The notes: generated by a model not told the origin, from the sequence alone. A stretch of 45,389 nucleotides of DNA from Cyanophora paradoxa CCMP329 (GCA_004431415.1 QPMI01000042.1:1-45389); one strand, 5' to 3'. Positions 9,877-22,008 are shown, counted from the stretch's first letter. Numbers and translations: made by a program.

Positions 9877-10721
9877 TTATGGGGTTGGGTCATCAATTAC
9901 ATCTGGCTCTTGGTAAAACCCTGTAACTGAAAGAGTATCAGGAGTTACACCTCTAAGAGCTGATACAGCGGCTATATCTGTTCTCAAACCGATAAGAGTT
10001 ATAGTATATAACCCAATATCTGTAACAAACAAGTCAAAGGTGAAATTATTATTATAAACACAGTAGCCATAACCGAAATGATTATATCCCTGAACATTGA
10101 AATAGTATTTATGACCTACTTGATTGTTGTTGGCTCTACAAAGGGAAAGCATTGCAGATGGAATCGCAAGACCTCTCAGTACTCTTTTGGTTCCTTCAAT
10201 TAATTCCGAGTTTTCAAGAGTAACAGTATATCCAATGTAAAATTGAATTAATGGCTGCTGTGCGACAGGAGTATATAATCGAATTCGTTGGGGGTCTTCC
10301 ACATTTTGCTCTAGAGTATCTGGGACATCATTATACGAAATGGAGGATGAGAGTTGACCTGACACTCTGCAACCACCCCAATAAATGCTCCTCCTGATCT
10401 CACAGTAACAGCAGCAGTATTCTTGTCGAAATCTAGGGCTTTCAGGGCAACACTGTAAGCATCAGGACCTCCATTTGTAGGCTGGAAGAAGTTAGCATTG
10501 GTGACAAGAAGTCGAGTTGTTTTAACCACACCAGAATTCTTATCAGCTCTCAGCTCTTTAACTCGAATAATCGAATTCTTATCAAAGGAGTTACCATTGG
10601 AATTGGGTCTCTCTGTGGATTCTAAACCACGAACCTCATCATTAACTTCATGCTGGCGAAAATGCATTGCAGGGGATCCAAGGGAATATATTGGAAGTTG
10701 AACTCGATTATATTCACCCAT
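9877..10721 (-). CDS. Short fibre/virion protein, paralog 2 (frameshift near 10370)
   Basis: ORF 10311..10721 (RVKELRADKNSGVVKTTRLLVTNANF, SGGAFIG) plus ORF 9877..10365 together are colinear with paralog 1 (NHFGYGY/DNFGIAY, GLRTD/AERTD). Confidence 0.7.
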
Positions 10722-10760
10722 GGCTTCTTTTACTAAGAAGGAAAGAAAAATAAACTACCA

Positions 10761-11066
10761 TCAAGCCAAAGTGATTAAATTCGATCCAAGGGATTGGTAA
10801 ACAGTTGAAAGAACTTGCAGGTTGGATGTCATTGCTTTAATGTTGTTATCACACTCATTGTATTTAGCAACAGGGTCACCATATGCAGCTTGAGCAAGGA
10901 CATTAACCAAGAGGTTTTTATACTCATTTACAACTGGTGAGAGCTTGTTAGTTTGCTGAATCGTTTTTTCAACTGTTTGTAATGCGTTTACAAGGGTGAT
11001 TGTATCAAAAGAAAGCGCAACTGGCTCAGTAGAATAGGTGGTTCCACCAAGAGGATAGGTCGCCAT
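10761..11066 (-). CDS. Hypothetical helical protein
   Basis: 101 aa ORF starting 3 bp after the giant fibre stop, same strand as neighbours. Confidence 0.65.
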   Translation of the reverse strand: MATYPLGGTTYSTEPVALSFDTITLVNALQTVEKTIQQTNKLSPVVNEYKNLLVNVLAQAAYGDPVAKYNECDNNIKAMTSNLQVLSTVYQSLGSNLITLA

Positions 11067-11069
11067 TTA

Positions 11070-14000
11070 TTATACTTTGACATTTTTAATTTGGTCTATT
11101 TGATCCTGTAGATCTTTGCATTTTTGGGACAACTCCTTCACAGCTTCAATGAGAACTGGAATTAAACCTGTGTATTCAAGAGATAGGTAGCCATCGTCTT
11201 TTTTAACATTAACTACCTCTGGTATTACCTTTTGAACATCTTGTGCAATTAAACCTAATTTAACTCCATCTTTTTCACTTCCAATTCGTTTAAAACTCAC
11301 TCCCTCTAATTTCTCTATTGCTGAAAGAGCGCCGGATATCTTTTTAATATCGGTTTTGTATCTTATGTCACTTCCTTGTGTTAAATAACCTCCAATCCAC
11401 ATCCATCCTCCATGATACATGTAACAAATATCAGTATCTTGTTCATTTCGGAATACAAGGGGAATATCTCCCCCTCCTTTCAAATATGTAGAAGTTTGGT
11501 TACCGAAATGGATACGATTATATCCATCACTTGAACTAAACCAAGTCCCCACAGTTCCTGTTAAGATATTTGGTTTACTATAAACATTATTCCAATGAAT
11601 ATAACCGGTGTGACCGCCATAACTATGTCCAACCCATATTTTCATGTAACTTATACCCATAATATGAACTCTTCCAATCTTTGGTCTAATTCGAATTGTG
11701 AGAAATCGATTACCAAGATGTATAGGAACATTATTTAAACCACTATGGTTATTATCAGGAGATGTGGCGTATGGTTGATAACTATTCACTGATGTAATAA
11801 AAACTTCATTTCCTTGTCTATTAACTCCCAAATTTCAAAAAGTCGTGAGCTTTGCCAAGGTAAATAAGTTAAAAATGCTGTTCCTGTGTGGTATCCATCG
11901 GGAATATCGAAGTCCATCCAAGCGGTAGAAGTTTGGTCATCATATTGATCATTATAGACATATGAACCATAATTATAATATGGATCCCATGATGTCCCCC
12001 AGTGATAGCTCCAACCCTGAGAACATCTATTAAACTCAATTGCTCCTACTGTTTTATCTGCTGTGTGAAACTTTGGGACATCATTACCGTTTATTTGGAG
12101 TTTGGTAGTAGCATTAATAGTGGATGCTGTAATAGTATTATTCACCCAAAAGTTACCGTTACCATATGATTTTAAGATTGCTGCATCCGCTGAGTTTCTA
12201 AATTCGACAGATACACCATCACCATTTTCATAACCTCGAATATATGTTGTTTGACCATTACCAAACCAAATTCGCTCGACTGCATCTACTGATTTTAACC
12301 ATGTATTTGTTGGCCATGTTGCGGTTTGTGGAAGGTCTGCGGCTGAGTAAAATGATGGTTTACTAAATACATTATCCAAGAGATCATGCCCAATTCATTA
12401 TCTGTTGCTCTCTGTCTACTCCAACCGAAAACACCGTTAGATGAATGCGACCTTTTCGACCTTGAATGTATATCTTTGTGTAAAACTCACAATTGATTGA
12501 GGCAAACAAAACAGTATTATGTGTCCCATCTTGATTAACTGCCTGGATTCCCTGATATGCATTTATACGTTTTAAGAAATGCTGGTAATTATTGGCTGTT
12601 TGCCCGTAGATATCATAATATCGACAATTCGCCCACGGCATATGCTGAATGTAAAACGATTTCATACCTTCTGGAACTGTCCACCTCATCCAACAACCAC
12701 TGCAATCTTCATCATTATGTGGTGTTGTGTAACATCCTGTTTGTCCTGTTCTTGCGACCCAATTCAAATTCCAATTATTTGCGCTTCTATCTGTCGAAAC
12801 CACATCTAATTGGTCGAAATCGTAACCTTTTGGTATTGTGGTTCCACCAATTTGTAAAGTGGTAGCATTCACAGTTCCTGTTACATTTCCACCTGTAAGA
12901 GGTAAATAATTCCCAAGAGCTGCTGTTAATTCGGTATCTGTTACAACATCTGTAAGAGCTAATTGTAATTCTGTATTTGTTACATAATCTTTGTTTTCTA
13001 AATAATCATCTGTAACAACACCAGAGAGGGTCTCATTGTGTAAGTTTTTTGCTGCCATCCTCTGATTGACTTCTAAGGCTCCTCCTGCTAATGTTTTAAT
13101 CCAGGACATTTCGCATTTCCCATAGTTATCTGATGGTTGTCCCGCAAGTGGGACATAATTGAATTTGGATCGACTGAATATTATTTTAGGTCTGGAGCCA
13201 TCAGTTGCACTGACATCTGTTACATTTACTTGCATAATGGCATCCTTGTCATCATATGCTGCTGGATCAGATGGGAGAGGTGGTAATCCTGATGTCAATG
13301 GGATGTCCTCATTATAATAACTTGTTAAGAAGATGCCTGGTTTGGTATCAATCACCCCAACACCACCTGCTGAAATCATTTGGATTCTTGTTGGTTGTTT
13401 GATGTATAATTCACCTTCCATTGTGGTCCCTCCATCAATGCCTTTTCGATTGACATAATAATCATTTAGTTGTAGCCTTTCAGGTATGGTATTACTCTGG
13501 TAGAGACTCACACCATTTGTAAAGTCTGTCAAAATATTGCCTGATGATGCAAAAGTTGGTTGTTCATCTATTTGACTCCAAGGGTGTCTGTGGTTGCTAT
13601 TGGTTATTGTTGAGTAATCATGAGTGTGTGAATCAGGTGGGAAGGTTAATGGAGGATTTGTGATATGCTCCCATAAATGAGTATGGGCGAAATCTGTGAT
13701 CTGATCTTTGGTGTGAGTATGGGCAAAATCTGTGATCTGATCTTTGGTGTGAGTATGTGCGAAATCTGTTATTTGGTCTTTTGTGTGAGTATGGGCGAAA
13801 TCTGTGATCTGATCTTTGGTGTGAGTATGGGCGAAATCTGTGATCTGATCTTTTGTGTGAGTATGGGCGAAATCTGTTATTTGGTCTTTTGTGTGAGTAT
13901 GGGCGAAATCTGTTATTTGGTCTTTTGTGTGAGTATGGGCGAAATCTGTTATTTGGTCTTTTGTGTGAGTATGGGCAAAATCTGTAATCTGGGCTTTTGT

Positions 14001-17000
14001 GTGAGTGTGATTTTGAATCCAACCTTGAACCACATTAGAGGTTGGATGATGTGGTAAATTTGCATTGCTTGTAACTGTAAGGTAATCTATTACAGTATCA
14101 GGTGAGGTTATTTTTAATCCTCTGTAAATATTCAGAGTCTGGGTATGAGTGAATCCATATTTTTGTTGAATGTAATACCTCACAGCATTCTTTTCAGAAG
14201 TTGTCAAAGCCCTATTGAAAACAATCAACTCGGAAATACCACCATTCACAATATTACCAAATCCGAAATGATTGACAGTATTATCTGGTAGATAATTTGT
14301 TCCTACAAGTGTTTCAATATCTACTCCATTTAACCCGACTGTGTAGCTGCTGGAAGTAATTGTTTGGTCAGTGTAATACCATGTATTTATTAAAGAAGGA
14401 ACCGTAATAACTGGGCGGTTTGGGATGCTCCATTAATAGTGAACTGGTTCATTCCAATAGCAGTAGAAGATGTTGCCCCATAATAACAATATCGTGATGG
14501 AAAGGCGCTTCTGTAAAGTCTCAAGTGAACTTGCATAGAAGAGGCAGTTGGATGATATTTTCCCACAAAGAAAAATGTAAGCCCATTTGAGAAATCAATA
14601 GTTCTTGTAGCAGAGGTATATGCATAAAAAGTGCCTGTTGGGCTTGAAACACTAACTTGGTTGTTGATTTCGGGATTGGTGTAATAGGAACTGGCTCCGG
14701 AGATAAACAAGTCTGGAACAACTGAATTCGGGACTCTGCTTACTATAGTTGTATACATTGCTGATTGACCTGGTACTCCTGATGCTTCCAAGCAAAAATG
14801 CAGTTCGAGATATTTGATGCTGGATCAAAGCTTGGTGGGACATCATACCATTCTTCGTAAACCTGATTCATGGTATTGAAATTGCAAGAGCCAATTGTGA
14901 GGATTCCATTTACTTTCAAATTGCTGGTCTCTATATTGCTACTGTAAATATTACTATTAACTGTGAGGTTTCCTGTGATTGTCCCACCCACAAGAGGGAG
15001 ATATTTGGATAGTTCTGCTGCAAGTTCAGCTTCTGTAATAAATTGATCAAGCATAGCAAGGGTTACAAAATTAACAAGGATTACTGCAGTAAGGTAATCC
15101 TCTGTGACCACTCTCGAAATATTTTCGTTGTGTATGTTTTTTGCAGCCATCCTCTGATTGGCTTCCAGAACCCCACCATAATCTGTTTTAATCCATGCAA
15201 GCTCTGCCCTCCCATAGTTATCATTTGCAGTTCCCACTATGGGAATATAGGAATATTTATCTCGACTGAAAACTATCATTGGTCTTGATCCATCTAGACT
15301 GCTTACATCTGCTACATGAACCTGTATAGCAGAGTTGTAATTTTGGTAGGTTGCTGGGTCTGTTGGGACTCTGAATGTATCTGTGGGAATGTCAGCCTCC
15401 ATGTAGCTTGACACAAAGATATTTGGTATGGTTGCTCCTGGTTCAGGTGGTGGATTATAAGAGCCTGGTAATGTCCTAATATGAAGTGGTCCTCTCATAG
15501 CTGAATTCGCAAGTGTCCCATTCACATGAACATAGTGGTGATTCAAAAAGATCCTTTCAGGGACATTGCAAGTCTGGTAAAGAGAAACTCCCAGAGTAGC
15601 AAGAGGCTCAACTTTTGCAAATTCTGGTTGGTCATTGATCTCATCCCAAGTATGTTCATGTTTGCTTGGTGGGAACTCAGTTGGAATCCCATCAATTTCT
15701 CCCCAATCATGTCTGTGATCCTCTGGTGGATATTTCTCTGGTTTCCCTAAGATCTCATCCCAATCATGATTGTGATCCTCTGGGGGATACTTTGCAGGTT
15801 TATTATTAATTTGTTCATAATCAGGAAAGAACTCCCAGATCTCAGGTCGAAATCCATCTGGTAATAATTCCTCATGGGGTTCATAAGGTTGCTCATAATC
15901 AACAGCTGGTGGATCATGCCCATCTGGCAAATACTCCTCATCAGGTTCATAGTTCTGCTCATACTCAAACTCTTGGGGATCTAAGCCATCTGGTAGTATC
16001 TCCTCCTCATTGGGGTCATACTGATCATATTCATATTCTTGTGGGTCAAAACCATCTGGTAAATACTCTTCCTCATCTGGAACGAATTGATATTCATCAA
16101 GCTCTAATATATCGACTTCAGGAGGTAAATACTGCTCATCTATTTGCTTTCTTGGTTCAATTATAGGTTTATTGCGAACTTGCTCCCAACTAACAATGTG
16201 TTGCCCAAAAGGAACTGTCTCATCTGCTGTGTACTCTCTGCCTGGTTGCTTTTTCGGTGTTAAATCCGGTGGATCCCATGGAAGAGGGAAGGGAACTGGG
16301 ACAGGTCCATAATACTCAAAGATCTCTCTTATGGTCTTCTCACTTACAAGCTTCTCACCATTTGCATACACATTGCTGCCATGGATATTTCGCCATTGCC
16401 TGGTTCGAATTCCAAGGTCTTTCACATTGCTATACAAAGGCAAAAGGTGCCTATCCATTTCAACAAGATCAGGATGTAAATGGATTGCTACTGGCTGACT
16501 GGGGCTACTGTTGATTGTAATTGATGGCTTTTTTTGATGGACATCTTTTGGAGTAAAGAACCCAAAAGGCTCATTCCTTGCAAAGTCATATGTAATATCC
16601 TTGGGGTAGACATCATTTGTGTAGGAGACCTGATTTGTATTGGCAATGGGACCCACTTGCAATACTTGGGGGACCTCAGCTTTTGCAATGCTGCCCTCAT
16701 TGTAAATTCGCAAAGCTGTGTTCTGTTTGCCCTGCTCATCTTGAACATTGAAAATCAATCGACCACTATCAAACCTGGAAGGTATATCTGGGTGAGTGCC
16801 ACTGGTTTTTAGTTTCCTAGGTCTCCTTCTTGTTGCTTTGATCTCTGCCACTTGGTTTGCTTTCACATTACCCAAGCTAAAAGCAACACTGACTTCCTCC
16901 TTATCTGGATCGGTTTGATTCACAGATAAAGCATGCTCCCTTGATTGAGTCTTGGATGAATTATCGGAACTGTGGTCAATCGAAACTGAACCCTTTACTT

Positions 17001-17085
17001 TAATATTATCAAAGTTCACATGCTTGGTGCTGCTTGCATTATCATCTTGAATGGTTTCTAGATTGGGTGGGTAATTGAAGCTCAT
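11070..17085 (-). CDS. Giant (~2000 aa) modular fibre with HxH repeats, LamG-like domain and C-terminal peptidase S74 chaperone; about four frameshifts
   Basis: Five abutting ORFs whose domains continue across junctions; GISELIVFNRALTTSEKNAVRYYIQQKYG (LamG-like); SDIRYKTDIKKI...GLIAQDVQKVIPEVV...YTGLIPVLIEAVKEL (S74); DLGIRTRQWRNIH fibre motif. Confidence 0.8.
13681..14004 (-). repeat. Coding tandem repeat, 9 x 36 bp (HTHTKDQITDFA)
   Basis: Contiguous units differing almost only at synonymous positions. Confidence 0.95.
15850..16140 (-). repeat. Acidic ~22 aa coding repeat (EExLPDG..P..YE), 4-5 copies
   Basis: EEEYLPDGFDPQEYEY, EEEILPDGLDPQEFEY, DEEYLPDGHDPPAVDY, HEELLPDGF. Confidence 0.85.
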
Positions 17086-17128
17086 GGCTTTTACTATATG
17101 GATTTATAAAATTCCTGATAAGTAAAAG
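17086..17128. promoter_or_regulatory. Putative bidirectional promoter between fibre and patatin genes
   Basis: 43 bp AT-rich spacer with AGTAAAAG just before both ATGs on their own strands. Confidence 0.5.
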
Positions 17129-18660
17129 ATGCCCTTGAAAATCTGCCTGTCTTTATCAGGGGGAGGTGCAAGGGGCATTATCATAACCAGGCTGCTCAAA
17201 GAAATCGAAAATCGAACTGGAAGAAGAATAATCGATCTTGTGGATCTTGTGAGTGGAACTTCCACTGGTGGGATCATTGCAATAGGTTTGAATATAAGAC
17301 ATCCTGATAAACCAGGTGAACCTAAACTGACAGCAAACGATTTACACAACATTTACCTAACTCAACTGCCCTTGATTTTGCAAATCCTCGAAATATCATC
17401 GAAAATGCCCTATTTAAACAAAGTATGATGTGGGACCCTTGGAGACTGCAATCAATTCAGTTACTGGTGAATCACTAATACAGGATTCCCTAAAGGACAT
17501 TGTGATTACATCCTTTGATACTCAGAATATGAAACCAATATTTATCACAAATGATAACAATTACAGCTTTCTGCCTTGTAAGATTGCTGCTAGGGCTACT
17601 TCTGCTGCTCCTACATATTTCTCTCCTGTAAGCATTGTTGATTTCAATCAGGGGTATTTGTCTGTCTCATTGATGGTGCCATTTCGGGAAACAATAATCC
17701 CAGTGTGTGTGGTTACAGCCATGCAAAGAAGATTTACAGTGATGATGATGATATTATAGTAATAAGTATCTCTTGTGGTGAGGTGGACCCACATTTAGAG
17801 TCTGATTATGTGGGTTATGCTTATGAGACTGTAAACAGCTGGGGCATTCTCTCATGGATTGCCTCAACAGATGGAAGCCCATTGATTAACATGCTCATGG
17901 CTGCAAGTGAGCTTTCTGCCCTTGATAAGATGGAGGAGTTGTTACCCTACAACTATGATCAGGATTATGGAGATACTATAGGTATCAGTCCTCTTCCAAA
18001 TCACATAGTAAGCTCCCTGATGACACTTCTAAGATCCCAGATATGCTAGCATTCACTGAAACATACATTGCAGCAAACAATGATATGATTAATAAGCTTT
18101 GCAGCTCTAGTAGCAAACTATGAACTAAAGAACCCTACAAAGGCTTACATCTCATCCACTCTCACAGATCACCTCCTTTGATGCTAATTGGTATCAGCTT
18201 GCAGATGATGCCTTTACTGCTCATCCTCTGTGACAGGTAAAGAGCCTTTCATGGCTAGACCTTCAGCATTTGGCTGGGAAGCTGGAGCCTATGCTCCTGA
18301 GCAGATATGGGAAACCCCCACTGAATACCTTCAAGTTGCTTTCCCATATACTTTGAACTCTCTCTGTGATTGCCTATGGATCAGGGGACACCAATGCTTT
18401 ATTAAGACTTTCAATGTGGCAACATCCACTGATGGGATCAACTGGTCTTTTATTCGATCAGATGGCAAACAAAATATATGTCTGTGAGAACATTAACAAT
18501 GCTCACAACTCAGGTGATATGGCTCTATTGAGTGGATTCCTCTCAGCATCAAGGATGCTTTTTACATAGGTTTTCTCTAGAATCAAGTATATTCGCATTT
18601 ATCCCTTGTGTATGTGAATGCTCCACAATGAGAGTGACTTTACAGGTGCCTTTATTCGAT
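17129..18660 (+). CDS. Patatin-like phospholipase, probably fused to a C-terminal F5/8 type C (discoidin) domain; multiple frameshifts
   Basis: LSLSGGGARG, GTSTG nucleophile, ARATSAAPTYF, LIDGAISGNNNP (alternative frame ~17670); then GWEAG...EYLQV...TFNVATSTDGINW...KYIRIYP...TMRV. Confidence 0.8.
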
Positions 18661-19563
18661 AAACTCCAACTGAAACGAATTTCGATTCCATTCATATCAA
18701 TCAGTTCACCAAAGTAATCTTTAAACTCACAGTGAGTTCCCTTATCACCAGGTTTCTGTCATTATCTGAATAATTCGCATGCTCACCACTATGGTAAACA
18801 TAGCCGCCTATATCTTTACTCAATTGCATCTAAGGATTGCCCCTGGTTTGTGGTTGCGATTTCGGATTATATTGTGTCTGCTGGCAAAGGGGACAGCTCT
18901 TTAATATGCATGTACAGATACTGCTCAGCATTCATATCAGACATCTTCCTGCTGTCAAATAATATTGCAAGGGCTTAGATGAGAGTCTGGGTCCGAAAGG
19001 TGTTCCCCATGCTGGGTGATCAGGTGTAATAGGTTTGCCATCATACTTTAAAAGGTTCTCAGGTCGATAGGGGATCCACCACAGGAGGAGTGCTATAATA
19101 CCATTGGTGTATTCAGTAGAACTCACACCCAAAAGCTTCCCTATTCTCTGGTTGCTTGCAATAAAACGAAACTCATGGTTACTGTAAAACTCCACTTTAT
19201 AGGTAGTTGGTTATAGAATATCTTGAACTCAAAAGCTACTGTTTTGCCTGCAATGGTTTGGAAGCTTGAATAGTTCAGCCCATAATTATAGGGTGTGTGA
19301 CCCCAAAATGACCCTGGTTAATGTAGCCACTGGGAAGGGGATACACTTTCTGTGTGATGATTTCATTGTATGAACCATCTTGGTATTAAACTGAACTGTT
19401 AGATGATCAGTCCCACACTGTTATAGATACTGTTTGGAATCTCTGCATATAGAACCCTGCATTCTCTTGGTCTCTCTACTGGAGTTGTGAGAGTGACCCT
19501 GTAAGAGTTTTCATTTTGTCCTTGGCTTCTATCCCTGCTATCAATATTAACAAGTCGATTCAT
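18652..19563 (-). CDS. Minor capsid (penton-like) protein 1, frameshifted
   Basis: Manual translation: MNRLVNIDSRDRSQGQNENSYRVTLTTP...AEIPNSIYN; IGKLLGV; QYLYMHIKE; C-terminal ELTV/EFKDYFGELIDMNG...FQLEFIE*. Confidence 0.8.
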
Positions 19564-19592
19564 TTTAATATATAAATATAGATAAAAGAAGA

Positions 19593-20590
19593 ATGCCTGT
19601 GGATTACATCGAGGTTAGCTCATTTAATACAATCTCTGGTGATGGTCCCACATCAAGCTTTGTGGCAAGACTCCCAGTAGTTATGAGAATGTGAGGGCTG
19701 TGAGACTGGTATCAGCCGAATTTTATAACAGCATCCCTATGGTGAGTGGTGAAACCAAAGTTGGAGATGTGACAGTTGACAATGCATTTAGCATTTATTA
19801 TTCTGAACAAATCCTGGAGCTGGAAGTCAGGAATTCCAACAGTTCGCCCAGCTGCTGACTATGAACAATGGAAACAATTCATTATAAGTCGAAACACCCC
19901 ATCCAAAGCCACCAACAACTGGTGAATGTAATTAACTCTAAATTCGAAGCAAAATCCCAACCATCCTTCGCTGCAAATGGGATGAATCACTGAAACGAAT
20001 TATATTCCACTCAGCAATACCATTTTACTTGGCTTTCTCATAGCTGTGAACCAAGCCAACAAACAATCCAAAAGCTATTGAGTTCAGCTAGACTGCTTGG
20101 TCTTGATCCTGGAAGATATGGCAATTCCTCAATCCAATCACAAGTTTATGATGCTCTCACTGATGGAATCTTTACTGGTGGTCGAGTGAATGGCATTATA
20201 TCTTCTTTTGAGCCTGAGAAGACCAGGGACAGTGTTTTGTTTGTGAGAGTAAAGGAGCTGGGTGATCTGGTGCAATGTGGGATGGTCTTCTGACTGGTTA
20301 CTTTCACAAAATAGTGGTCCCTGAAAAGATTATGGTGAGCATGTAGTTTACAATTCGACAGAGGCTCATCCACTTTACAAATACTATAATAAGAAGGTTG
20401 GATTATCCACTTTCTCGGTTGATATTGTAAATGCTATTAATGAACCAATTGATTTTGAGGGTCAACCTGTTCATCTGACCTTTGAAATTCGCTATGGTGA
20501 TGAGCCAGCAGGAGACCCAGTTTATGAATACTTTAAGATGCGAATGTCACAGCTTCACCCTTCCTATCCAGTATTACAAGCTTCGCATAA
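19593..20590 (+). CDS. Minor capsid (penton-like) protein 2, frameshifted, 3' end approximate
   Basis: MPVDYIEVSSFNT...SSFVARLP/YENVRAVRLVSAEFYNSIP; SARLLGL; VLFVRVKEL; LSTFSVDIVNAINEPIDFEGQPVHLTFEI. Confidence 0.78.
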
Positions 20591-20643
20591 ATTAAGGATC
20601 ATTGGTAGATTTTTTATGTTGCAGTATAATAAAAGAGATAATC

Positions 20644-22008
20644 ATGGATATCACTTCCACTCTTCAAAGACTTTCGCTGAAAGAAGCCCTAACAACCCAG
20701 AGGAGGCGAAAGCCTTTTTCCTGGATAACTCCCTTATGCTTGGACTCGAATCCAAGTCTAAGCCAGTTCTAGTTGTTGTGAATCCCAGCAATACTTTTGA
20801 GAATAATGTTGGAAATCGCATTTCCTTCAAGCTACCTCGCTACAATTTCTGTGGAAAACTCGAACTTGCTTTCGACCTACCAGAAATCACTTTGCTGGTG
20901 AAGATCTAGTTCGCAATGGATACACTCGCCCAGTTGGTGCTTTAGTTCAGCGACTTGAAATTACCTATGGATCTTACACCTACCACATCCCTTCTGATTT
21001 CCTTGCTCATTTCCCCTGGTCTATTATTCGGAGGATCAACTAGCTAAAAAGAAACGCTCAATGGGCATGGTTCATGGTATCCCTGCTCATGGAACCAACC
21101 GACTTGGTGGCTCATTTTTCGTTGAAATCCCAGTGCCTTGGCTAAATCACTATCTTCCCCTTGGTGCTTTATCTGGTGAAATGGTTGTTACTGTTTGGTT
21201 TAAGGATGCTGGAAAGGGTTATGTTGAAACTTCCTATGGTGGTCGCTCTCTCCCTGTTGTTGGTGGGACAGCTGCTGATAAGACAGAAGATGATGGTCTT
21301 GGTGATACTGCTAATGCTACACTTGCCCATGTTGGTCAAAACATCACCACTTTCAGTCTTGGTGCAACAACCCCTGCTATTTCAATTACTTCTCCTCGCC
21401 TTTACATGCATGCTATTAATGTTTCTGATGAGCTTTTCGCTACTGTAATTGAAAAAGTAAAGACAACTGGCATGGCTATTCCCTCCCTTGATATTGGATT
21501 TGTAGATGCCATTGCTTTTGCTGCCAAGGGCAATGCCCAGCCCAATCGAATTAACCTCTCTCAAATCTCAGGTCTTGTCTATGCTCTGCTTGTTTCAGTT
21601 CGTGATTATGAGACTGTTGACAAATCCAATGGCTCCCACAGTGTTCTTAAGACCTATGCCAACTCCAAAGAGATAACATTCACTGTGGAAATAAATGGTC
21701 AGCGACTTTTTGCCACTGAGCCAATTTCCCTACTCAAAGGAGCTGAGCTAATTGCTGATGCCTTCAAATGCTCTAACATGGATAAGGTTGCAGATAAATA
21801 TGTCCTTTCAGGTTTAAGTTTCTGCATTGATGGAGAGAAGGCGATTCGAAATATTGCTCAAAGTGGATTTGTTGACCTGACAAATTCCTCATCTTCATTC
21901 CTCACACTCTACATGCCCACAGATAAGACAATCAATGTTCAAGTTCGCGCTTTAATGCATAGTTTCCTCATTATAGACGGTTCAGGTGTTCGTAGAATCA
22001 ATTTATAG
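20644..22008 (+). CDS. Double jelly-roll major capsid protein (~450 aa), frameshifts in 5' third
   Basis: GNRISFKLPR...LELAFDLP, GALVQRLEITYG, VEIPVPW...LPLGAL...VTVWF, VEINGQRLF, LSFCID...SGFVDLT, RALMHSFLIIDG; between penton and ATPase. Confidence 0.82.

Noticed and set aside
13681-14004. 36 bp repeats as a CRISPR array
   Set aside because: No spacers, in-frame coding with synonymous variation, no cas genes
20325-20909. Penton 2 reading in frame into the MCP N-terminus as a fusion
   Set aside because: Lies in the indel-rich zone; an AT-rich spacer with ATAAAAG and an ATG at 20644 suggests a separate MCP start
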